Shown: piece by piece, positions 28,601-41,804 of the stretch
Layout of the letters: the number at the start of each line of letters is the position of its first letter
Numbering within the stretch: position 1 is the stretch's first letter
Assembly: GCA_951406725.2 (NCBI GenBank)
Contig: OX597816.1
Span: 143,344,001 to 143,408,000 of the forward strand
DNA: 64,000 nt
Direction: 5' to 3'
Source of the DNA: Octopus vulgaris
Lineage: Eukaryota
Made by a program: the position numbers and the translations under genes
Notes under the pieces: generated by a model
What the model was told of the DNA's origin: nothing
The model's database searches: none
What the model saw: the letters and a program-made list of their open reading frames with translations, nothing else

Positions 28601-31543
28601 TTTTATGAAATATTTGGGTATGTCAGTCACCACTTCTGGTTGCTATGACAATATACTTTAATTTTTTAAGGACAATTTACTTACTCTATTTTACGACGGA
28701 AGAGAGCATGTTAACCAAAATGTAATTTTAATTACTTTTCTTCTGGATCGTTACCATATATTGCAGATAAATGAGTTTCCATGTGTTTGTGTGTGTGTAT
28801 AGCATGAAACTCAGTTCTTCAGTCAGTTTTGTAACCTTTCGGTCAATCAAAATACTATATATGCATACTCATGTATTAAGATCTAGTTCTACTGTTCGAG
28901 AAGAAGTAGATCAATACATATGTTTTCTATTTAGACGATTTTTGTCTGCTAGTGACATACCTCTGTGTTTTTTAACACTATATTTCTATAAGAGATGCTA
29001 TCTTGAAAAAGAATACCCCAATTTACTAGGCTTTCAACGATGCATAAGAATGATACACTGATTGCTCTATTTGCACTAGTAATGCTGCTATTGTGTATAA
29101 CGAATGTTATTCAGCTTGCTAGCTAATTGCAACGTCAGTGATTTTGTTAATTACTCTTTTATTATCAGTAGTGACTGATTTTGTTTTAGCATGTGGTTAC
29201 TAGTTGCTACTTGCTACTGACAAAATTCAGAAGCAGGAATACATATTTAGTAATGTCACCACTGCTGCACCATCCGATCGTGGCTGTTGCCAGCCTCGCC
29301 TGGCCTCCGTGGCACGTAAAAAGCACCATCCGATCGTGGCCGTTTGCCAGCTTCGTCTGGCACCTGTGCCGGTGGCACGTAAAAAGCACCCACTACACTC
29401 ACGGAGTGGTTCGCGTTAGGAAAGGCATCCAGCCGTAGAATCATTGCCAGATCAGATTGGGCCTGGTGCAGCCTTCTGGCTTCCCAGACCCCAGTTGAAC
29501 CGTCCAACCCATGCTAGCATGGAAAACGGACGCTAAACGATGATGATGATGACTTCCTTGAGACGAATACTGGAGTTTATCAGGTTTTAAATGGTGTATC
29601 TGCTTTAAGTATGATACACAGATTGCTCTTTTCTCTCTCTTTATATATATATATGTGTGTGTGTGTCTGTATGAGCTTCTTTCAGATTCCCTCTACCAAA
29701 TGCACTCACAAGGCCTTAATAGTAGAAGACATTTGTTCAAGGTGCTGCATGGTCTGTGTTCAAAAATCTTACCATGGCCTCCTTGACTGATGAGCATAGC
29801 TCAGTTTACTATCACCACCAGGCACCTTGTGTACTGTTAGTGGAATCCATTCTGCTGCAAGCATTAAGGCCAAATTCTAATTTGAGAATAGCTTCCTCCT
29901 TCTTCCCCAGTCTTGGAGGCCCTGTAAGAAGTCATGGGCACTAGCTCCCTTCTTAACTAAAAAAATTAAAGAAAAAGATATTTAGAGCAGCATTCTCCAA
30001 CCTCTGTCAGCTTACTGTATTTCATCATTATCATCGTTTAGCATCTGCTTTCCATGCTAGCATGGATAATAATGATAATGATTTGTAACATAGGCACAAG
30101 GCCACAAATGTGCATGTGTGGAAAAGAGGGAATAGTCAATTACATAAACTCCAATACTTGATTGGTTCTTATTTTATCTACTCCAGAACAACAAAAAAGC
30201 AAAGTTGACCAGAGTGGGATTTAACTTTGAGTACAAAAGAACATGAATTAATGCAACAAGGATTTTGTTTACCCCTCCAACAATCAATCTTAATTGTAAT
30301 ACTTATATCCAGCACAATAACAAAACAGAAGAAACACTGAAATACCTCTAAAAACAACAGAGCAGAACTGATATAGTATATTCACACACATCTACATCGC
30401 AATGAAACTACTCTATACAAACCTCAGAAGACAGGCGTACCAGGTGATGCAACAAAAACATAAAACTATTGAAAATATTATATCAATAATTATTATCATT
30501 ATCTTACAAAAATAACTTACCATAGTGATAGCCATCAATTTCTTCTGTTAAAACATTTTGGAAACTCATCATAAATGTGAACAACTATATATTTATAAGT
30601 CCAGAAAATAAGATACTGCTTTGAAACCTTCATTTCAAATGCATCTTTTACCTTTCTCACTTTTGATAGTGGGAAGACATTTCTGTTACATGTTATCAAC
30701 AGAGATTAATTTGTTTAGTTCATTATCTAACCTTCACTACTTAAAATATCTTATATTAATTACCAATCAGTGTAGGAAATATGTCAGATGACAATTGAAC
30801 TTTGCCTGTGTATTAAAAACCAGTTACATAACTGTCTGACTAAAGAAACCGAACTGTTTAAAAAAATAAACTTACTTTTTTTTACTTATAATTTATTCAG
30901 ATTTCTCTTCTTTAAAATAGTATCAATAGATTGATACATCATTCAGTGTTTTTTCCTCTAATTTTGGAATACCTCCTGGAATGTGTTTGCAAGAGTAGCA
31001 TGCAATTCTTACAATAAACCCTCTTTAATCTCTTCAATTGTCTGAAATTTGTGACTTTTCAGCATGGATTTCAACTTTTGAAATGTAATAATCAAGTAAT
31101 GTTTGATGATTTCAAATTAAAATAAAATTTCTTTTATTTGTTATTACTGTAATGTCATATGTTGCACCACTTACAGTAACTCTTTCTACTACAGGCACAA
31201 GGCCTGAAATTTGGTGGGAGAGGGTTGGTTGATTACATCAACTCCATCAACCAGTATCCTATTTTATTGATCCCCAAAACGATGAAAGAAAAGCCAACTG
31301 TGGCAAAATCTGAACTTAGAATGCAAACCAGAAGAAATACCACTAAGTATTTTTTTGTTTCATGTGTTAATGATTCTGCCAGTTCACCACCTGCAACTTG
31401 CAATATTAACATCTTACTTGGCCTTGGTATCAAAATTTGAAACCAATATTAACACCTTATTTGTTGTTTTGATATTTATTCCATTAACAACTTTTATTAA
31501 TGTATTTAATAATAAAATGTTTGAGTTTTTAAATTTTCCCTAG

Positions 31544-31633
31544 GGTCCTACTTTACGAACATGGTATTTGGTAATGGAAAGACTGTTTGGTGTTGGGAAA
31601 AAAACAGCTTTATTCAAATTAGTTGCAGATCAG
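31544..31633 (+). CDS. MPV17: MPV17 coding exon 3
   Basis: ccctag|...|gtatgt. 90 nt. GPTLRTWYLVMERLFGVGKKTALFKLVADQ matches the GP..WY..L...K...DQ pattern. Confidence 0.92.
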
Positions 31634-32634
31634 GTATGTTATTTTAATAAATAAAGTTAAATATCATAGTTTGTTACCTGTATTGTTGATATAAAATAAA
31701 AAATATGTTGAAATGATTAAAGAAGGAATTCCAGATGAAAATTGTTACACTATTTTGTTTTATTTCTGTAGGTTGTGAGTTCAAATTTTGCCACAGTTGA
31801 CTTTGCCATTCCTCTGCTTTGTTGATAAAATAAATTTATTTATCATGTGCTTTGTCAATGTAAGATAGAAACAAAATCATCATCATTAAATACATTATAA
31901 TACTTAATTTTATAAGAACTAGTAATATACATTAGTCAATGTAATTAATTATAACCACCTTTAACAATTACTAACTGAAAAAGGATTTTTAACAAGAAAT
32001 CAATCAGCATTGTTTCAAATGCTGATAGGTTTCTTGTTAACTTCTTACCCCAGCAAAATGCCATAAATTTATATAATTGGGTAAGGAAATTTCCTTACTC
32101 AACATGTGATATTCAGATATTTCCAATGTAATTGAAGTGTACTGGCTTCAACTGGTATTTAAACCTACCAAATACAGCATTCCAGGTCTTACCTTTCTCT
32201 ATAGAACCCTTAACATTTTTGATATTGGTTCCTTTTTGACTTAAAAGAAAAGGCTTTTCTTCACCTAAGAAACAAAATTACATTGTATCTTGATGCATCA
32301 AATTCATACATTTGGCACTTTGGTGCTTTCCACAACACTTGAAAATATTAAGACTGCAATATGCTGAATATGCAGAATTTGTAGAGCACTGGACTAAATT
32401 TCTCACAGTAGTTTCACTTCTATATTCTATATTCAAATCCTTTTGGTACTGACATTATCATTTCTCCCATCTCCACCCAGGATTATACTAGAAGCATTCA
32501 AATTGACTATAGTTTGATACAAGATTGCTACAAGATTTTCCTTGAAATTTCTATTGTTTTACATTACTATATTTTATGCCTACTATTAAAAATAAATTTC
32601 ATACTCTTACTTTTCAATTTTTACTTTCTTCTAG

Positions 32635-32730
32635 ATGTGTTTTGCCCCAGTTTTTCTCGCTACCTTTATATGTGGAATGGAGTTACTGAAAGGAAATACA
32701 TGGAATGATAGTAAAAATAAAGTTGTTGAG
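32635..32730 (+). CDS. MPV17: MPV17 coding exon 4
   Basis: ttctag|...|gtatat. 96 nt. MCFAPVFLATFICGMELLKGNTWNDSKNKVVE (FAP motif). Confidence 0.9.
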
Positions 32731-32871
32731 GTATATATCTTCTAAGAATATCTCTTTCTAAATATAACAAGAGGAATGATCTGAAACTGTCATAAATTGA
32801 TAGCATCAGTCTAGTGGTAGCAATGATTCAACTAATATTTAAGTGTGTGTTAGACACACCTCACACACATA

Positions 32872-33172
32872 GATGAATAGCTTGTGAGAGCTGTGCAGGT
32901 TATGTACAAAGGTGCAGTTAGTAAAGTGAAAGTCAATGATTTCAGTAATGAATTTATTATAAAGGTAGGGGTCCATCAAGGGTCAATCTTCAGTCCCCTC
33001 CTATTTATCATTATCCTACAGGCCATTACTGAAGGTTTTAAACTGGTTGCCTATGGAAACTTTTATATGCTGATAATTTAGTTCTCATGGTTGAATCTAT
33101 AGTGAAATTAGTGAGGAAATTCTAGACATAAAAGCTAAATCTTGAACTGAGAGGTTACAATATAAATCTGGT
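32872..33172 (+). mobile_element. RTE RT fragment hosting the Gypsy insertion (continues at about 36723-36845)
   Basis: VRAVQVMY...GVHQGSIFSPLLFIIILQAIT. Confidence 0.75.
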
Positions 33173-36100
33173 TGTTATAAACCCAAACTGGAATATCTAA
33201 GTTTAAAAGGTTTTAATCAACTAAATATACAGTAATCTACAATATAAACAGAGATTGTTAAATTGTAAGCAAAACTAAACTTCAACACAATAACAGTTTT
33301 ATGCAGCGAGTTGCTACAGTCTCGACTAACTAAAAACTAACACTGTGCCATAAACAGAATAGAACTCTGTGCAGTTGCACTGCAGGCAAATAACAGCAAT
33401 GAAGACAAAGTCACATGATCAAAACTAAAATCGCAACATTTTTCCCCCTTAAAAAAAGAACAATCAACCAACAAAATGCAAAATATAGACATAACCACAA
33501 GCCAATCACAATAACGTAATGAGGCATTTCATAAGCATAACACATCATCAATCATAAATTTAAACTATCAGGAACTTTTTTTGTTCTGGATGAATGCCAG
33601 TGCAAAATAGTTTGAGGTTCTGGTTCTTGAGCTGGTGTAGGTGGGACAGAATCAATTCATGGTGTCTGAATAACCACCATGGGGCTCATGCGCTTGAGTA
33701 GGATCAATGTCAGCAACATCAGTTTGATCCTTACTTGACTGATACTCCTCAGTCGTTTTACCAGTAGGAGCTAAATCTCTAATGGACACAATACTTTCAC
33801 ATCCATCTGGGTACTGCAGCCTTCCATGGTTAGGGTTAATTTGTACCAATTGGGTTTCATCTACTAATGGATCATACTTATTACGTACATGTCATTTAAC
33901 AAACACTTTGTCAGGTCCTTGCATTAACCAAGTAGGAACGGAAACACCACACATAGAATATCTAGGAAATTGAAAGAATCTCTCATGCAGGGTCTCATTA
34001 GTTGCCGTGCATAATAATGAACGTTGCAAATGTAAAACTTCTGGAAGCAAGACTTCCTATTGAGAAACTGGTAAATTTCTGCTATGTAAGGCCAATTTAA
34101 TAGAATTCCATATTACTCCATTATACCTTTTACATTGAGCATTTCCACGAGGATTGCACAGAGTAGAATGAGTAATCGTCATACCCCTATCATACATTGT
34201 TTACGTTCTTTGGATACAAAACATTTAGCATTATCACTATGAATAACAGCAGGAAATCTGAAAAGATTAAACAAAACCTTCAAATTACTAATAACAGAAT
34301 GAGCACTAGTATCAGTACATGGAGAAATAAATGTAAAACGTGAATACTCATTCACAACAGTTAAAAAATAATGGTTCTTTGACAGTGAAGGTAGGGGTCC
34401 TTTAAAATCAACACTTAATCTTTCAAAAGCTTGAGTAGATCTAATTACTGATGAAACAGAGGTTTTAGTAAAACAAGGCTTCACCTTACATGTTACACAA
34501 TTGTTAGTTATACGCTTTACATCTTCTACAGAGTACGGTAAATTCTTAACTTTAATATAATGAAACAATCGTGTGATCCCAGGATGACACGGTACAGTTC
34601 ATTATCAGTTGTAGCTGCACAATAGGTATGCGATAAAGCATCCGATGCGACATTAAACTTGCCTTGGTGGTAAATGATATCAAATCTATACTGGACTAGT
34701 TTGATTCGCCAACACATCATCTTTTTTTTTTTTAGGTTTATTGCACTTTGACAATTAAACATAAAAGCAACACTGTTTTGATCAGTTATTAGTGTGAAGT
34801 TACATCCAAGAAGAAAATGAGACAATTTTCCCACAGTTCCACAATCGCTGTCACCTCTTTTTCAATACAAGAATAACGACGCTCACTTGGGTTGAGGGTT
34901 CTTGAAAAAAATGCAACTGGCTTTCCATTTTGGGGTAAAATGCCAGATATACCTCCAATGCAGCTGTTTCTATTGACAAAGGAAGGCTTTCATCAATCAC
35001 TTTTAAGGTAGCATTTGCTAAATCATTTCATAAAGTTTTAAACTTGACAAGGCTTGTTCACTCAAAGGAAAATATTTAGTATCAACCATTGGAATCCATT
35101 TGAAATAATATACAAATAGACCAACAATTCGACTTAATGGTTTGTGGGTACTAGGAATAGGTAGTTCTAGGAAGGGTTTTATACGGTCAGGGTCAGGTTC
35201 CAAGTTACCATTTTGAATTTCATAGCCAAGCAATCAGATCAGTGTAGTGCTATAAATGCATTTGGCATTATTAAAAGTTAAATTACAGTCTTTAGCAACT
35301 TGAGGAAAATGTTTTAAATTTTGATCATGTTCTTCCTTCGATTTACCACACACAGTTATGTTGTCGATATATGCAAAAGTAGCTCTACAATTATGGCTCT
35401 CGATTATATTATTGATCACTCTCTGGAAACAGGGCACTGCATTTGTAAGTCCGAAAGCAATGTTTGCTTTGATACAATTTTCCCTGTGCTTCAAAAGCCA
35501 TGTAAGGTTGATCTGCAACTGGAATCTCAACTTGATGATATGCACTTTTGAGATCCAGTGTGCTAAAATAATTAAACTGAGCTATTTTTGTGACCATGTC
35601 ATGCATATTTGGCAATGGATATCCATCTAATTGCGTAAACTTATTTATAGTCTCACTATAATCAATACACAGTCTCTTGCAATGATTTTCTCCTGATATT
35701 ACCAATATCTGGGCTCGCCAGGGAGAAACACAGGGTTCAGTTACCCCTTCTGCCAGATCTCAGCTTATAGTATCAGCAATAAATTTTTCATTATTGGTGG
35801 AGTTGTTTTCTTGCTTTTGTAACTATGGGTTAACAGTCAGAGTTTAAATTTTCAAACAACCTTGGTGTAATGTCACTTTTAATGCAATTTAGAGCTCCTA
35901 AATGTAACAGGGGCTTGTTGCTGTCAAAGGTAATTTGTACATGTTGATGCTGTTTTAAGAAATTTTGTCCTAAAATTATATCTACAAACAAATTATCAAG
36001 TACCACCAGCTTTACTTGCTCGTAAATTCTTCTTTGAATTTCAATTGAACCCATACAATAACCGTCGCTTTTGGAACGACCTCCATTGACAGCCATGTTA

Positions 36101-36722
36101 ATTTCATTCCTTTCGGACTTCACCACTAATTTACTGATTGACCTGGTTCTTGTTTGCATGTCATCAAAAATAATGTTCAAGGGTTTCATGTACACTCTCT
36201 CCAGAGTTTGAATTGCCTCTGCGTAATTCTCACATTCACATGAGTTCATAAACGTCTTTATCTATGTGTGCTATTAAACACCTAAGCTTGCTTTCATCAG
36301 TGATAGGCAGTTCAGCAGGAAATGATTCTAGAAAAATTTATAAAAGTCCTGAACCAATATTTCCATTCTTTTGAAGTTTGACTCGAACTTGGATCAGTGG
36401 TGAACAAATTTGGTTTTATAAATTTGCTGTCCATTCTTTCTCTTTAGCTATTATTAGTTGATTAAACCATTATAAACCCAAACTGGAATATCTAAGTTTA
36501 AAAGGTTTTAATCAACTAAATATACAGCAATCTACCAAGATTGTTAAATTGTAAGCAAAACTAAATTTTAACACAATAAGTTTTATGCAGCGAGTTGCTA
36601 TGGTCTCGACTAACTAAAAACTAACATGTGCCATAAACAGAACAGAATTCTACACAGTTACGCTGCAGGCAAATAACAGCAATGAAGACAAAAGTCACGT
36701 GATGAAAAGTAAAATCACAACA
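33173..36722 (-). mobile_element. Gypsy/Ty3 LTR retrotransposon, degenerate, with both LTRs
   Basis: LTRs at 33173-33438 and about 36468-36722, TSD CTGGT/CTAGT, PPT AAGGGGGAAAAA at 33439-33450. Gag starts at 36434, then PR (DIILGQNFL), RT (RLCIDY, LDLKSAYHQ, YIDN), RNase H (TDQ, SDALS) and IN (SVDFKGP, HSDN). Many stops. Confidence 0.95.
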
Positions 36723-37014
36723 CTAGTAAAGAGAAAGACAGTATCCTGATACCTTTGCTTGGTATGCATTAAAGGATTATGTATAAACTTCATACACTGT
36801 ACCAAAGGAAAGCTATGAACATGCTAGAGGTATATTAGAATCAGTACCCATTACATGCTGCAAAGTGATTGATGTTAAGAAAGGCATCCAACCATGCCAA
36901 AGCAGACATTGGAGTATGATACAGTCCTTGGACCCATCAGATCCTGTCAAGCCATCTTATGAATGTTAAGTAATGATGATCATGGTACATGTGTGTTAGT
37001 ATTAATGTTTGCTA

Positions 37015-38288
37015 CGAGGGACGATCAATAAGTAATGCCCCTGACCCATTTGCAGTTGTTTGATCTAGCTGAAATTTTGCATGTGAAATCACTTTTATCT
37101 TTATAGATTAAGTGGGCAAATTACAGCTCTGAACTAATTGTGGTTTCTGATTTACAGGTGTTTGAACTGAGTCAAGTGTGAAATGGAGCCTGTTGAGTGT
37201 CGAGCAGTGATCCGGTTTTTGTATTTGAAAGGATGCACACCACGGGAGACTTTTGATAAAATGAAAGTAACTTATGGTAATGATGCCCCATCATATGACC
37301 TTGTAAAACGCTGGCATCGTGAATTCAAACATGGTCGGAACTCTGTGGAAACAGCTCCCAGATCTGGTTGCCCCCTTTCTGCCATTGATGAGGCATCTGT
37401 CCGTCAAGTTGAGGCTGCCATTTTGGAAGATCGACGCATAACTATTCGCCAAATAGCCTATGAGGTCAAGATTAGTACCGGGTCTGTGGAAACTATCATT
37501 CATGACCATTTGCATATGCAAAAGGTGTCTGCCAGATAGATTCCCAAGTTGCTCACACCTTTCCAGAAGCAAAAATGCGTTGAGTGCTCGAGGATGAATT
37601 TGGGGATGTGCCAAGAAGATGAGTCAAAATTTTTCAAAAGACTGATTACCCAGGATGAAACCTGGGTCCATCACTATGATCTAGAGACCAAAGCCCAGTC
37701 AATGCAGTGGAAGCACCGTGACTCACCCCCTCCAAAGAAGGCAAGGGTGCAGCCCTCCGCTGGTAAGGTCATGCTCAGTCTTCTGGGACCAGGACGGAAT
37801 AGTAATGACAGGTTTCCTGGCAAAGGGTTTCACAATTACAGGAGTCTATTATGCTTCACTTTTGAGGAAATTAAGAGAAGCTATCAAAATCAAGAGGCAG
37901 GGCAAGATCAGCAGAGGCATCCTCCTCCTGTAGGACAACGCTCCGGTCCACAACTCTAAGATCAGAAGCACAGGGGTGCGGCTATGAACCCCCATCCCAA
38001 CTCTCCTGACCTTGCACTCTCTGATTTTCACCTCTTCCCAGCCATGAGGTTGTTTTTGAAAGGAAAGCGTTTCCCAGATGATACAGCCTTGATTTCTGAA
38101 GTCACGTCGTGGTTGGAGGACCAAGCTGGGGTCCTCTACAAAAACGGTCTCCAGAGCTGCATCAAAAGATGGGAGAAATGCGTAACTCTGTGTGGTTCCT
38201 ATGTAAAAAAAGACTAATAACTGTGCCAAGTTTCGTTGCTCTACTGCTGAGAAGTGAGTCAGGGGCATTACTTATTGAACGCCCCTCG
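37015..38288 (+). mobile_element. Full-length mariner (Tc1/mariner) transposon with broken transposase (37183-38217)
   Basis: About 31-bp TIRs cgagggacgatcaataagtaatgcccctgac / gtcaggggcattacttattgaacgcccctcg, TA TSDs. Motifs ITQDETW, DNA, SPDLALSDFHLF. Premature stop and frameshifts. Confidence 0.95.
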
Positions 38289-38726
38289 TATGTCAGTTTA
38301 TATAAAAACAATTTAACTGAAGGACCATTTAATAACTTTTAGTAGAGTACATGCTTGCCTTCAGTGTAATGAAACTTTGAAATCAGTCAACCTTTTCCTT
38401 ATAGAAAATTATATATATACATACACACATGTATATCTGTGAGTGTAGTAGTATACATATATATTAGTGAAATGTGATTGACAAAGAAAGTGGTGACTGG
38501 CAGGTGGCACAATCTGTCACTATGGGGACAATCATCATCATCATCATCGTTTAGCGTCCGCTTTCCATGCTAGCATGGGTTGGACGGGGATACATCCAGC
38601 AAACTCAACATGGCTTTTTGTTTGATACATGAACCAGATTTCATAATGTATTACATTAAGGATTAATTGAATGTTAGAAAAAGTGTAATGCATTTACTTT
38701 TGACAATCCTCTCTATTCTATTGCAG

Positions 38727-38759
38727 AATTTCAAACAGGTTTTAATGTCAAATTATCAA
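38727..38759 (+). CDS. MPV17: MPV17 coding exon 5
   Basis: ttgcag|...|gtgagt. 33 nt. NFKQVLMSNYQ, equivalent to human DYPDALITNYY. Confidence 0.88.
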
Positions 38760-39084
38760 GTGAGTTTATTTTCCTTCTTTAAAATTGATTGTTGTAATAC
38801 CATTCCAACTTAAATAATTTAAGAGAAATAACATTAAGAAAGTGCTCTTGTAAATTTATGCATGTACTCCTGACACAAAAGCTGAAATTTTTTTAAGCTA
38901 GAAAAAACACTAAGAAAATATGTATTTTACTAGTGATTACTAACCCACCTTTGGTTCTATTATAGAAATTCTTATTTTAAAATATCTTTCCATTATGTTC
39001 CAAAAGCCACTAATAAAAAGTTTATGAAATCCACCCCAAAACTTTTACTGCCCAGAAAGTGTTATGCTCATGTGTTCAGCAAGG

Positions 39085-39297
39085 TACCTTTAGTCTTTAA
39101 ACCGGCCAAAATATTCTACCTATTTTATGTTCAAACTAGTCAGACAGTCATTCATAGCTACCTTATTGTGTCATTTTCAAAATAAGCAATCACATCATTG
39201 AAATCTCAAAGCCATGAAATAATGCAAGATTAATTTTATATGGTGTGAATACATAAGCTTTACATTTGACAGAATAATCTGAATGCTAATGGGTTAA
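39085..39297. mobile_element. Short dispersed repeat (piggyBac-type MITE?), with a second copy at about 59105-59322
   Basis: The two copies share caaaatattctacc...tttgaca..ataatctgaatgctaa. Ends are ttaaccct (59105) and gggttaa (39291-39297). Confidence 0.5.
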
Positions 39298-41005
39298 GGG
39301 TAGAACATCATTTGTAGTAGGACTTGTAGTGATAACAATAAAACCAATTATATCTCAAAAGCAAGGTCACTGCAAATATAAATGTCAATATTTGACAGAA
39401 AATGAAATTTTCTGATCTTATCCAGTATAAACATTAATAACAATTACCATATGCACATTATTTCTTAATCTCAACTCAATGGATTCATGATAGAATTAGA
39501 TGGAAATATTCAATGCTGTGCTGCCATAAGCTTGAGGTAAATCCAGTTTCAGTTGACAATTAGACTAATTGCTGGTAGGGAACTGAATTTCATTATGCAA
39601 CAATACAACTGAGTATATTAAATGCTTTTAAGTCAATGCTGTGTCCCAGTGTTAGTGCAATTCGATTTTTTAAAGTTACTCTAGTGATTTAGTATAGAAA
39701 TTGGAGCCAGCACTGAAAATTACATTTCATATAAATACAATGTAAACAACACAAGTGAAGATAGAAAAATAGGTGAAAAATGGGTGTATATGCATATTTC
39801 AGTTCTTGTTAACACATTGCTTGAATAGCCACTAAAATTTGCATGACAATTGGATATACCAATTTTTAACATTCCTGGCAACTCGTATGTACATTAATTG
39901 CTGGTAGGGACACCTTAACACAGAGCATATTAGCATTAGGTTTACAAGTGAATACTGTGCCCTACCTGTAGAAATAACTTTAAAGTGATTGAATCACACA
40001 GGTAACTGAAAATCTAGCTTTAGAAAGTAATTAAGACCATAATTTGAAAACTATGCTTCAGATTACTCAATTCTTTGCATTGCCAAATTTTTTTTTTTAC
40101 ATTTATAAAACCAAATTTCTTAACAAAGGCAGTGCTCCAGCATGACTGCAGTCAAATAGCTGAAGAGAATAGAACAGCTGCACTGTCAAAATATTTTTTG
40201 ATGGGATTTATCTCCAATCAGTAGGAAAGAGTAAGTTATGGGTTAGATAGAATTCCTCATTTGAAGCTGTTTTTACATCCAAGACAACTGAGGACAAAAA
40301 TAGAGCCAGTGTTAGATAAGATACTATTTTTTACATTAAGCTAGTAGGTAGGAGCAACTCTCAATATTTTACTCCATTTAGTTCAAGTATTTCAATGCCC
40401 AAGTGTAAATTAAAATTCCTTCATCAGGTACATTACTAATTTCCAATTGGAAAATTCAGGATGTTTATATACAATTATGCAGACAAGCTTGGAATTTTGT
40501 CAACCATATTTTGATTGCACGAAGAACTACAAAAATCGTGCCTTCCAGTTTAGTCCAATGATCAAAATTGCATATTGACAAGATTCTCGTAGCAAAGGAA
40601 TCCAAACTGAATATCTGAATTTATGGGTATAAAAAATTTTTTTATGTTAATGCAAGAAAACTACCAGTTCGTGTCTGAATAAAAATAAGATTTGTAACCC
40701 CTGCACGAATTCACTGCAGTGACAAAGCAAAAAGAAAAAATTGGAATTGTGGTCAAAGTGCAAAAATCATTAGACATGTTACAAAAGCCTTCAAAACTTT
40801 ACACAATACAAATATAAAAGCCCCACTGGTTACATGCAGTCAGTTATGAACCCACATTCCACTAACTGGCAAAATTACAAGTATGGGTCCAAGCATTGCT
40901 ATGTGATGGGTTTCCTAAACCAACAATTCACAATTAGGCATATGCATGACAAAGTGAAAGAATGACTAATGTTTCTAACACCCTCAATTGAAATCAATCT
41001 TTCAG

Positions 41006-41058
41006 CTCTGGCCTGCTGTACAGCTATGCAACTTCTACTTCATACCCTTTCAGTATAG
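41006..41058 (+). CDS. MPV17: MPV17 coding exon 6
   Basis: tttcag|...|gtaagt. 53 nt. LWPAVQLCNFYFIPFQY(R) is the hallmark Mpv17/PMP22 WP..Q..NF..P...R motif. Confidence 0.95.
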
Positions 41059-41319
41059 GTAAGTGATATTTCCAATGCACCTAATTTAAAGTACTGCATG
41101 CAGTAAAAGAAAAATTTTTTTTTTAATGTAGCACATTAAAAATAAAACCTATCCACTTCTAATTCATTCACTATGAAACATTCTAAACTTGGATATTGCA
41201 CCACTTTTACTCCATACCTGCCATATTTGTAAGGTAGCAAACGTCAAGATGTGAATTTTCACAACTGAGCTAATAATAATTTTATGACCTTTAATCTGAA
41301 AACCCTCTTCACACAACAG

Positions 41320-41413
41320 GATCCTGGTCGTGAACACTACAGCTGTTGGATGGAATACCTACTTAGCATTCAAAACGAAAGACACTGTTGAATCTAATGA
41401 ATCCTGGTCATGA
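41320..41413 (+). CDS. MPV17: MPV17 terminal coding exon
   Basis: caacag|g, then ILVVNTTAVGWNTYLAFKTKDTVESNESWS* (WNxYL motif). The TGA at 41411-41413 lies in the second copy of a tandem duplication. Confidence 0.9.
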
Positions 41414-41480
41414 ATACTACAGCTGTTGGATGGAATACCTACTTAGCATTCAAGACGAAAGACACTGTTGAATTTAATGA
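41321..41480 (+). repeat. 80-bp tandem duplication of the MPV17 terminal exon
   Basis: 41321-41400 and 41401-41480 differ at 4 positions. Confidence 0.95.
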
Positions 41481-41485
41481 ATAAA
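41480..41485 (+). terminator. Candidate polyadenylation signal of MPV17
   Basis: AATAAA about 67 nt after the stop codon. Confidence 0.55.
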
Positions 41486-41589
41486 GCTAATATAGAAAAA
41501 TACCACGGTTGTTAGTTTTCATTGAGCACCAAAAATCACAAGAAAAATGAAAATTCAAGACAAAAGCCAAATGTAGATTGAAATGGTTT

Positions 41590-41595
41590 TTTATT
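41590..41595 (-). terminator. Candidate polyadenylation signal of eEF1A
   Basis: AATAAA on the - strand about 210 nt past the stop, followed downstream by a U/GU-rich tract. Confidence 0.6.
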
Positions 41596-41804
41596 TCAGA
41601 ATCCACTTACACAACAGATTTGAATCCATAGAAAATCCAGTCTTTCCGCCTGAATTCCTTACGATGTAATTTAGACCTAAGCAACCATATAGGCCATGAA
41701 AGCAAAAGCTGCAGGAGGTTATCTCTTAAATTGAGAAATACATTAAGAAACAGAGCTGATATACTTTCCCTCCCCTGAAAAACATAGCTAAGATTAGCTA
41801 AACT

